Shown here: in pieces, positions 38,070-46,277 of the stretch
Layout of the letters: each line of letters begins with the position of its first letter
How positions within the stretch are numbered: the stretch's first letter is position 1
IMG/VR virus record: IMGVR_UViG_3300027833_000011
Reading direction: 5' to 3' (one strand)
Length of the DNA stretch: 64,000 nucleotides
Origin: a virus
Taxonomy: Duplodnaviria > Caudoviricetes
Made by a program: the position numbers and the translations under genes
Notes under the pieces: generated by a model
What the model saw: the letters and a program-made list of their open reading frames with translations, nothing else
Database searches by the model: none
Told to the model about the DNA's origin: nothing

Positions 38070-39476
38070 ATGAAAAACAGGTTAACTTTAGTGACGGTTG
38101 CGACTCATAAGACGCATGAGTTAGATAGGTTTATCGAATCCGCTAAATATCACGGATATGACTATGTTATATTAGGATTAGGGATGGAATGGACTGGTGG
38201 TGTTGCCGACAATGGTCGATTAGTATTTCCCGGTGGAGGAATGAAAGTGAATCTTCTAAAGAATTATCTATCCACATATAAGGGGTCGAATAGCGATGTA
38301 ATACTTTTTACAGACTCCTACGATGTTGTATTCAACGAAAAACCCGATGAGTTATTAAGTAGATGGGACGGCAATGTATTATTTACCGCAGAAAAAACTT
38401 GTTGGCCTGACAGGGATTTGGAAGAAGAATATCCAAATTCACCTTACGGTTATAAATATTTAAATAGTGGTGGTTTTATTGCGACAGTTGGTGACCTAAT
38501 TAATCTAACGGAAACTAAGTGTATGGACCACGACGATGACCAATTATATTATACACTAAAGTTTTTAAATGGTGACAAGATTAATTTGGACTATAATTTA
38601 GACATATTTCAAACTCTTAATCAGTCTATTGATGATGTTGAAATACATGACGGTAGAGTTTATAATAAAGTGACTAAAACGTATCCTATAGTTATTCATG
38701 CTAATGGAGGTGTTGGCCCAAGGACTTATTTAAACAAATTTTATAACGATATGAGACAACCAGAGCCTACATTAAAAAGATTAAACGGTAATGAAAGAGT
38801 GTGTTTACAAATGATATTTGATAAGAAACATACAAATCCGTCAATTATGGTTGAAAGTCTTTCCTACTTAACCTATGATAAAAGATTAATTGATTTATCG
38901 TTTTATAATAATAACAAAGAAAATCAATGGGCTATTGAGAACTACATTAAAAATAATGAAGACAAATATAACTCAATCACACAGGTTTATGACGATAGTA
39001 AAGGGGTTTATGAGTTAAGAGAAATCTTATTTAAAAACGCCACACAATATGATGGGGATTATGTGTTACATAATGACTCGTCGTTTATTATGAAAAATAA
39101 AGATATCATTCAATTATTAATGTCAGAAGGTAAGGATATTATCTCACCAATGATTAATACTGAACAAACGTTTAACTCTAACTTTTGGGGTGGTGTTTCA
39201 GATGATGGGTATTATTTAGAGAGTTACGATTACCACGATATTAGAACGTACAATAAAAAAGGAACTTTTGTTGTTCCATTTATTAGTGGGGTGATGATGT
39301 TTAGTAGTGAAATATTAAAAACTGATTTATTTGTTACGATGTTTAATAATTTAGAAAAAGAAATTCTTAATTATTATGGTGAAGACTACATGGTTGTATT
39401 GGCAAATACTATCAGAGACAAGAATTTGTTTATGTATGTAACCAATAAAAGATATTATGGAAAATTTTTTAATTAA
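38070..39476 (+). CDS. PLOD-type glycosyltransferase plus accessory domain (no hydroxylase domain)
   Basis: VTVAT, F..SA, LGLG..W.GG, GGGMKV.LLK, LFTDSYDV, FTAEK.CWPD, YLNSGGFI, DDDQLYYT, H.NG; accessory IISPMI, SNFWGG...DGYY..S.DY, VPFIS. Confidence 0.88.
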   Translation: MKNRLTLVTVATHKTHELDRFIESAKYHGYDYVILGLGMEWTGGVADNGRLVFPGGGMKVNLLKNYLSTYKGSNSDVILFTDSYDVVFNEKPDELLSRWDGNVLFTAEKTCWPDRDLEEEYPNSPYGYKYLNSGGFIATVGDLINLTETKCMDHDDDQLYYTLKFLNGDKINLDYNLDIFQTLNQSIDDVEIHDGRVYNKVTKTYPIVIHANGGVGPRTYLNKFYNDMRQPEPTLKRLNGNERVCLQMIFDKKHTNPSIMVESLSYLTYDKRLIDLSFYNNNKENQWAIENYIKNNEDKYNSITQVYDDSKGVYELREILFKNATQYDGDYVLHNDSSFIMKNKDIIQLLMSEGKDIISPMINTEQTFNSNFWGGVSDDGYYLESYDYHDIRTYNKKGTFVVPFISGVMMFSSEILKTDLFVTMFNNLEKEILNYYGEDYMVVLANTIRDKNLFMYVTNKRYYGKFFN

Positions 39477-39477
39477 A

Positions 39478-39510
39478 TTTGGACTACAAAGAAAAAAAGG
39501 CTTATCTTTG
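39478..39510 (+). promoter_or_regulatory. Bacteroidota-type promoter
   Basis: TTTG - 21 nt - TATCTTTG (39503). Confidence 0.75.
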
Positions 39511-39537
39511 TAGTGAACAAAAAGAGAAATAGAAATT

Positions 39538-40347
39538 ATGGCAGACTTATTAAAATATCACAAATCTTTACCTTTAACAGAACAAGAAATATTAGACAGA
39601 GCACCATCTGTTTTTGCAACAGAGGCTTCAGGTCACGTTTCAGAGAAGTACACTTTTATTCCAACAACTCAAGTTATTGAGGATATGGAGGAGTTAGGTT
39701 GGAAAGTATATTCGGCGGAACAAAGAACTGCTAGAACTAAGGTTAGAAACACACACACGAAACACTTATTACGTTTTCGTAACGACACTCTAACTGAAGT
39801 GTTAGGTTGTATTCCTGAGATTACACTAACCAACTCACACGACGGTCGAAACGCATTTCAATTCTATGTTGGACTATACAGACCTGATATTCAAAGTTCT
39901 TTTGTAATTCGTCACGAAACGTTGAATGGTTTACGTATCAAACACCAATGGTACACGTTAAATGAGGTAAGAGAAGTAACACAAAAAGTTATTAATCACC
40001 TACCAGTTTTAATCGAACAGGTACAATTATTAAACAACACGACAATCGGTAAAACAGAACAAAGAGAATACGCGATGAGAGCTATGATGACACGTTGGGG
40101 TAAAGACTACCCTTCAATTTTACATAGAGTCGTTATGAATCCGATTAAAGGTGAAACAGTGACATTGTGGGACGCATTTAACAACGTACAAAACCATATT
40201 CTAAACGGTGGTATCACTTACACATTAGCGTCTAAACGACAACAAACTGTAAGAGCGATTACAAACGTCGACTTAAAAATTAAAATCAACGAAGAGTTGT
40301 GGGAAGTGACCCAAGGGTATGTCAAACTAAAACAAAAAGTATATTAA
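39538..40347 (+). CDS. DUF932/DUF945-family protein
   Basis: APSVFA, VSEKY.FIPT, KHLLRF, NSHDG..AF.FYVG.YR, LWDAFN.VQ..I..GG, INEELW. Confidence 0.8.
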   Translation: MADLLKYHKSLPLTEQEILDRAPSVFATEASGHVSEKYTFIPTTQVIEDMEELGWKVYSAEQRTARTKVRNTHTKHLLRFRNDTLTEVLGCIPEITLTNSHDGRNAFQFYVGLYRPDIQSSFVIRHETLNGLRIKHQWYTLNEVREVTQKVINHLPVLIEQVQLLNNTTIGKTEQREYAMRAMMTRWGKDYPSILHRVVMNPIKGETVTLWDAFNNVQNHILNGGITYTLASKRQQTVRAITNVDLKIKINEELWEVTQGYVKLKQKVY

Positions 40348-40348
40348 C

Positions 40349-40375
40349 AAAAAGGGACCTCGAGTCCCTTTTTTT
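40349..40375 (+). terminator. intrinsic terminator
   Basis: agggac-ctcga-gtccct followed by a T tract. Confidence 0.8.
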
Positions 40376-40403
40376 ATTCGGTAAAAACTCTTATCTTTAC
40401 TCC

Positions 40404-42062
40404 ATGGTTGAAAATCTGTATAAGAATATTTTTGATGAACATAGGATTACGTATCACGAAGTGTCTAATGATGCGACTTTAATGCGTAACATAGAGGACC
40501 ATAAAACCAATGCGTCTAGAATGGATGGGTATAGTAAACATAAGTTATATTATTTTACCGTATCTAAATATTCAGAAAATAAAGAAGACTTTATTGATGA
40601 ATACGGTAATATGTTATGTGACTTGGAGAATACTCGAAGAACTGTTGTCGTTGAAAAAGAGGGGGATAAGGTTAGGTTATCTTTTTACTATTATAAGAAA
40701 TTTAGGAAGGTGGGTAAGTTGTATTTTGCTAAGATGTACGACCGACATTATCTGACCTATAATTTAAAGACTAATAATTTTTATATGACAAACGTTATGA
40801 AGTCGATAGGTTATAGAAGAAGTAAACGAATACGTTGTAACCCAACACATAATATTAGTCGAGTGGTTGAACACATTCATGACTTTAAGTTTACTAATGA
40901 TGATTCAGAATATCTTAAAGTGTTTATGAGGGCTTTAGACCCTGAAACTAACTATGGTAAAGACAAGTACTTAACATTTGAAGAGGCATTCATAAGATTC
41001 TTTGTTGGTAGAAATGGTATTAAAGGTCCAAATCATATGACATCGTTAATATTGAGAAATTATCCAGGTAAGAAGTCCTTAAAGAAGAATGGGTATAATC
41101 TAATACATTCAATATTAGATAATGTTGGGTTGAAAAGTAAGTACTTCGTTAGTTTAATGAACAACTATAAACCTGATTTAAGTTATTTGATTCAATATGC
41201 TAACCTATTAGGGTTAAAATATGTTAAGAGTATTAATAAGGAGTTTTTTAAGAAAGAGAGGGCTCCGTATGAAACCTTTGTTGATTTAAAGAAAAAGTAT
41301 TACGAAGATACGGAAAATTATCCTATTTACCAAAACATTACTGATTATGATAGAAAAAACATAGTTAAGGTTATCAACGATTTTACGGTTACGAGTCCTG
41401 ACACACCAATTAATAGTACACGTTCTATGAATATCACAGGGCTGATAAATGACCATATTAGGATTATGGATAACTTAAGAACGTTTGAGGAGGATATTAA
41501 ATTTAAGTCTAAGACTTATTCAGAATTTGAGCAAGAACACGTTAACTATAGTGAGAAGTATTCGTTATATAGAAATTCTGAGGAGATTTACTACCAATAT
41601 GATGAACAAATAATTAATGGTTTAAAGAATTCACAAAAAGGGTATGAGTACGTATTATTATCGAATGATATGGACTACATAAATGAGTCTACACATCAAA
41701 ACAATTGTGTTAGAACTTATATTGATAAGTTTGATTCTATAATCATTTCTGTTAGACTTGGGGGTAAAAGAATAACGACTGAATTCACATACAAAGGTGA
41801 TTGTATTCAAAAGAGAGGGTCTTATAATAGTGAAGTTGACGAATCTTTTAATGAGGGTATTATGGAGTTGGAACGTATTATGAAAACTATTTATTTGAGT
41901 GGGGGGTTAAAACAACCAACTATCAAAATAAAGAATAAACTTAACGGAGACGAAAAACACTATACTATTAAAGAGTTAAAAACGAATGGGTATAGACGTT
42001 CTAAAGGTAATGAAGGTTTTTTGGATTTTGTCGACGATGAATTAGATTTTATGTTAATATGA
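40404..42062 (+). CDS. PcfJ-like domain protein
   Basis: C-terminal YINES.HQNNCVRTY...IIS.R; start ATG 40404 preferred because 40299 overlaps the terminator. Confidence 0.6.
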   Translation: MVENLYKNIFDEHRITYHEVSNDATLMRNIEDHKTNASRMDGYSKHKLYYFTVSKYSENKEDFIDEYGNMLCDLENTRRTVVVEKEGDKVRLSFYYYKKFRKVGKLYFAKMYDRHYLTYNLKTNNFYMTNVMKSIGYRRSKRIRCNPTHNISRVVEHIHDFKFTNDDSEYLKVFMRALDPETNYGKDKYLTFEEAFIRFFVGRNGIKGPNHMTSLILRNYPGKKSLKKNGYNLIHSILDNVGLKSKYFVSLMNNYKPDLSYLIQYANLLGLKYVKSINKEFFKKERAPYETFVDLKKKYYEDTENYPIYQNITDYDRKNIVKVINDFTVTSPDTPINSTRSMNITGLINDHIRIMDNLRTFEEDIKFKSKTYSEFEQEHVNYSEKYSLYRNSEEIYYQYDEQIINGLKNSQKGYEYVLLSNDMDYINESTHQNNCVRTYIDKFDSIIISVRLGGKRITTEFTYKGDCIQKRGSYNSEVDESFNEGIMELERIMKTIYLSGGLKQPTIKIKNKLNGDEKHYTIKELKTNGYRRSKGNEGFLDFVDDELDFMLI

Positions 42063-42652
42063 AAAAAACAATAACAATGATTTTATGTATGTGTATTGTT
42101 ACGGCATTTACATTAAGAGAACAACAACAATATGAGGACGTAACGATAACTACAGACATATACACAGTATTATACTCTCAAGAATATGAACAACCACTTA
42201 AGTTAGATTATATAGTACAATGTCCTGGTGGTGGTGTTAGTAGAAAAGGGTTGGACTTCTATGGGGTTGACAGTGTGAAGACTTCAAACAATAATGATTA
42301 TCGTAACAATGTTTGGGATAAAGGTCATTTAGCGCCAGCGGCTGATTTTAATTGTAGTCGAGAGATGTTAAAGAAAACATTCTCGTATTTGAATTGTGCT
42401 CTACAACACGAAGGTCTTAATAGAGGACCGTGGAGATTCTTGGAAGAATACGAAAGAGAGTTGGCGTTAGAAAATGATACGGTTAAGGTTTCTGTGATAG
42501 TACATTTCGATAACGACACTGTATTACCAACAGGTGCTAAGATACCATCAGATTTCACTAAGATAATTATAGTGAATAATGACACCTTAACCTACAAATT
42601 CCCAAACAAAAATGTTAGAGGTAAAAAATGGGAAGAATTTGAGGTTAAGTAA
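42059..42652 (+). CDS. secreted DNA/RNA non-specific endonuclease (NucA family)
   Basis: Signal peptide; WDKGHLAPAADF, N..LQHEGLNRGPW..LE. Confidence 0.88.
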   Translation: MKKTITMILCMCIVTAFTLREQQQYEDVTITTDIYTVLYSQEYEQPLKLDYIVQCPGGGVSRKGLDFYGVDSVKTSNNNDYRNNVWDKGHLAPAADFNCSREMLKKTFSYLNCALQHEGLNRGPWRFLEEYERELALENDTVKVSVIVHFDNDTVLPTGAKIPSDFTKIIIVNNDTLTYKFPNKNVRGKKWEEFEVK

Positions 42653-42697
42653 TTTACAACCTTAATATTATAAGGTATTATTATAAAAACAAAAATT

Positions 42698-43018
42698 ATG
42701 AAAAAAGTATCATACAGTGAATTTAAAGAGTTACAATCTGGTAACAATAGAATATTCGTAGATTTCTACGCCGATTGGTGTGGACCATGTAAAATGATGT
42801 TACCTGTATTAGAAAAGGTGTCTGATGAAATGTCTGAGACTGGTGTGACCTTTGTTAAGGTTAACGCTGATGAAGAAAGAGAATTATCTGCAGAGTTTGG
42901 TGTTAGAGGGATTCCAACATTCGTTATGATTGACGAAGGTGAGGTTAAAAACAGATTCTCAGGTGTTAAGGGTAAAGCGGAATTAACCGAAAGTATTAAA
43001 GAAACATTCAATGTCTAA
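42698..43018 (+). CDS. trxA: thioredoxin
   Basis: VDFYADWCGPCK, GIPT. Confidence 0.92.
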   Translation: MKKVSYSEFKELQSGNNRIFVDFYADWCGPCKMMLPVLEKVSDEMSETGVTFVKVNADEERELSAEFGVRGIPTFVMIDEGEVKNRFSGVKGKAELTESIKETFNV

Positions 43019-43286
43019 AGACGTATTCCTATACACAATGGACGGTTGTCCTTACTGTCAAGAGGTTAAAACATTATTGGATAATGATAATGTTAAATAC
43101 ACTGAGAGAGATTGTGATGAATATGAAATGCAATATGAGATATTAAAATCTAATACTGAAAATAACGAATTTGTTCCTGCTTTTGAAATTAGGGATAATG
43201 AAAAAATGACTAAACGTTTCTTAGCTCCTGATAGAGATTTTGAAGAATTAGAACACGCGGTTTATTTAGTTAAAAAATACATTTAA
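43011..43286 (+). CDS. glutaredoxin-like protein
   Basis: YTMDGCPYC, VP. Confidence 0.8.
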   Translation: MSKDVFLYTMDGCPYCQEVKTLLDNDNVKYTERDCDEYEMQYEILKSNTENNEFVPAFEIRDNEKMTKRFLAPDRDFEELEHAVYLVKKYI

Positions 43287-43819
43287 TGATAGTAGAGACA
43301 AACGTAGGGTTAGAGTATAAGGTACCTAAAGGACCGAGATTAAAATCAAGAAGAGAATTTCAGTTAGATAATGGGTTGGTAATTGCCACCTTTGATGGTG
43401 ACTTAAGTGAGTTAGATTTTATGGTAAAATACTTAGACCCTAATGTTTCTAAAAGTTTAAGAACACCGTCTTATTGTATGATTGGTGTTGATTTATTGTT
43501 AAAGGCACAACAGAATAAAGGTTTGACTAAAGATTTTGTTATTGAGTTTATTCAATTTTGGGATAACTTAGTTCCACCTTTAGATATAGAAAGTAGAGAT
43601 AGTTACGTTTTTAACTTCGACAATGTTTTAGGAGATTATTCTGAATTAAACTTCTATGGTGAAATGTCGGTTGAGATGTTATCAACAGTCATTAATTTGT
43701 ATGTGTTAAATGAGAAGTCTAAGTTAAAAGGTAAGAAGTTTAGGACCCTTTTAGAGAGTATAGTTAAATATTGTGATAACAATATGGACTACTTCACACT
43801 AATTTCTAAGATAAAGTAG
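43286..43819 (+). CDS. hypothetical protein
   Basis: 177 aa, coupled to the upstream gene. Confidence 0.6.
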   Translation: MIVETNVGLEYKVPKGPRLKSRREFQLDNGLVIATFDGDLSELDFMVKYLDPNVSKSLRTPSYCMIGVDLLLKAQQNKGLTKDFVIEFIQFWDNLVPPLDIESRDSYVFNFDNVLGDYSELNFYGEMSVEMLSTVINLYVLNEKSKLKGKKFRTLLESIVKYCDNNMDYFTLISKIK

Positions 43820-43843
43820 TATTTATAGTTAATACTATCTACT

Positions 43844-44656
43844 ATGGAAAAAAAATACGAGATTAAAGTTAGAGACAAAGGTTTTAGCGTGTTACGTACT
43901 GATGACGTAATAGGGTTTAAAACATATACGGTTGTTAATGAGAATGACAGTAACTACTATACCGTATCAGTTGCTAATAACGCAACCTTAAAAGAATCTA
44001 ATAATGATGAGGTTTTTTATGTTATCAAAGAGAAAGGTAGAAGTATTATTAGAGAAAATATAAACACAATCTTTCCAACCACAATTGTAAATTACTTTCT
44101 ATCGAATTTAAATGAAAATGAAGAGTATGTGGGGGAAGGTAATTCAGAAGAGGTTTTAGATTACCTTTACGACACTTTCAATGGATTAAGTTACCGAGTA
44201 AGACATGTGATATATTACGACAACATAAAAGACTCTTTAGATTATGAATTCTTATTGATTATTGGAGGTGATTTGGATACTGTATATCTTTCAGTTAAGG
44301 AAAACGGTGATATTTTTGTTGTTGACAATGACGAAGTTCATTTGTTAGGTGATACAGGTTCTCCTGAGTATTTTGAAAAATCTTTATCTACTTACTTAAG
44401 TGGTATGGAACATTTTACTGCGATGGTTAATGAGGATACGGATGATGAGGTCATCATTGAGTCATTTAATCAAACACACGGTATTGTAATAGAAAATAGA
44501 ATCGCTCAAATATACAATAAGGATACTTCAAAATCTTGTGGTTATATTGATAGACGTAATGGCGTTTATAATTTAACAGAAGAAGTTAAATTATATGGGG
44601 TTGATAGATTAAAATCTATTGTTGAAAACTACGAAGTAAAACAATTACTTAAATAG
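43844..44656 (+). CDS. hypothetical protein
   Basis: 270 aa; TATTTATA upstream. Confidence 0.6.
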   Translation: MEKKYEIKVRDKGFSVLRTDDVIGFKTYTVVNENDSNYYTVSVANNATLKESNNDEVFYVIKEKGRSIIRENINTIFPTTIVNYFLSNLNENEEYVGEGNSEEVLDYLYDTFNGLSYRVRHVIYYDNIKDSLDYEFLLIIGGDLDTVYLSVKENGDIFVVDNDEVHLLGDTGSPEYFEKSLSTYLSGMEHFTAMVNEDTDDEVIIESFNQTHGIVIENRIAQIYNKDTSKSCGYIDRRNGVYNLTEEVKLYGVDRLKSIVENYEVKQLLK

Positions 44657-44658
44657 TA

Positions 44659-45210
44659 CTATTGTCTTATTAGTAGGTCTATAAAGTGTTCTTTAAGGTC
44701 CATTCTTTCTTCTTCGGGGTAACTACACCACTGCCAAGTAATACTTGATTTAATCGTGTCTATTTCGGTCTGAACTTTCTTACAGTTTTTCTCTAAGGTA
44801 TCTAAATCTTTCTTATCAAATTCTTTTTCGATATCAATATCTAATTCGTCTGATAACATAACCAACTCCATTAGATTTAAATTTTCATATGCTTTAGCTG
44901 CTTTTGAAAATATCTTATTCATCTTTTCGTCCTTAATAACATCAGGATGTGTTTTACGTGAGATATTACGGTACAGTTCTTTTGCGATTTTAGAGTTGTT
45001 CTTAGGTTTAACTTCTTCGTTAAGTTCATCGATTAGTTTTTGACCCTCAGCGGATGCCTTATCAATACCATCATGATTAGACTCGTCCATTAAGGTGTCT
45101 TTAAAGTCCTCCATAAATATTGAGGTATATTCCTCCTGTTGTGAAGTTACTTCGTCTAACTCTAATTGGAGGTATTTGTATTTAAACACCCATTTTTTCG
45201 TTATGTTCAT
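44659..45210 (-). CDS. J-domain-containing protein
   Basis: KELYRNISRKTHPD...FSKAAKAYE flanked by coiled coils. Confidence 0.7.
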   Translation of the reverse strand: MNITKKWVFKYKYLQLELDEVTSQQEEYTSIFMEDFKDTLMDESNHDGIDKASAEGQKLIDELNEEVKPKNNSKIAKELYRNISRKTHPDVIKDEKMNKIFSKAAKAYENLNLMELVMLSDELDIDIEKEFDKKDLDTLEKNCKKVQTEIDTIKSSITWQWCSYPEEERMDLKEHFIDLLIRQ

Positions 45211-45211
45211 A

Positions 45212-46189
45212 TTAAAATATAATAAGTTCTTTGGTTTTGTCTAACTTTTCCCATTGAAATTTATCAGGATTATCAAAACCGTTAATATAGTAATCTTTAT
45301 AATTTGGTGTGAAAAAATCTAACTTATCTTTCATTTGTTTAATTGATAGAGGAAAGACATCCATTACACAACTATAAATATTTTTCATATCGTATTTCTC
45401 AGTACCAAATGAATTAATATTAAAACTTAATGGTGTAATTGAACTTTGATTAAAGTTAACACTTATTAAACATTCGTCCATTAATGAACTATTAACAATG
45501 TTTTTAGACATATACCTCAAATAAAGAGGTAGTATTCTATTTGGTGATAATGGGTCAGAACCAATGAATTGATTATTGGTTGTTGGTAATTCGTGATAAC
45601 TATGTAGAGTATTATTATTGGTATAGAACTCACTATGGGTTGTATATGTATTTAAGATACTTACAGATGGTTTCTCTAAGTTTGGGTCGTCGAGTCTAAC
45701 AATATTTAAAACGTCTTTCTTAGACACACTCCTGTCGTTAGTCATAACAGTAATTGATATGACATTACATTCTTTAGTATCGTATGTTAATTGACAAATA
45801 TGTGAGTGACTTTTACTCAACCCGTCTACAATTTTTTGAGAGATGTGTTTACCAATGGGGTATGAATTGACTACGTTTTTTGTTGAGTACCCATAATAGT
45901 TACCATAATGTAGTGTGTCAGAATAAATTGGCGATTTTTGTTGAAAAAAATTAATCTCGGAGAACGTATTAAATAACTCAAAATTATCTTGGAAAAGGTA
46001 TGATTTCAAATCAATTAAGTTTGTAGTAGGAAGATAGATATTACAGTATTTACCAAATATTGAAGTATTTATATTGTAAGGAAACAGATTGTTACACTCA
46101 ATGAAGTAGTCCACAATAGATTCGCTAATAATATTAGGAATAGATTGTTTAGTTTTAACCGAATAAGACTTGTAATTTCTGTATCTCAC
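45212..46189 (-). CDS. divergent S-adenosylmethionine synthetase (MetK) homolog lacking catalytic motifs
   Basis: Collinear with MetK throughout (GYST.N; LRYMSKNIV..L.DEC.I; SFGTEK; F.L..M.D.LD...P.Y; FQWEKLDK); GHPDK, GRK and GGGAFSGKD motifs eroded; GTG start. Confidence 0.75.
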   Translation of the reverse strand: MRYRNYKSYSVKTKQSIPNIISESIVDYFIECNNLFPYNINTSIFGKYCNIYLPTTNLIDLKSYLFQDNFELFNTFSEINFFQQKSPIYSDTLHYGNYYGYSTKNVVNSYPIGKHISQKIVDGLSKSHSHICQLTYDTKECNVISITVMTNDRSVSKKDVLNIVRLDDPNLEKPSVSILNTYTTHSEFYTNNNTLHSYHELPTTNNQFIGSDPLSPNRILPLYLRYMSKNIVNSSLMDECLISVNFNQSSITPLSFNINSFGTEKYDMKNIYSCVMDVFPLSIKQMKDKLDFFTPNYKDYYINGFDNPDKFQWEKLDKTKELIIF

Positions 46190-46277
46190 TTTTTTTTTTA
46201 ATAAATGTATATAAATTATACTACATTATAAAGGAAGTGATATTTATAAAAGTATTAAAAAAGTAAAAAGATAATAA

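Noticed and set aside
40299-40403. Track start sites at 40299, 11590, 13552 and 34375
   Set aside because: They overlap upstream genes, terminators or promoters; downstream ATGs (40404, 11614, 13567, 34285) fit better
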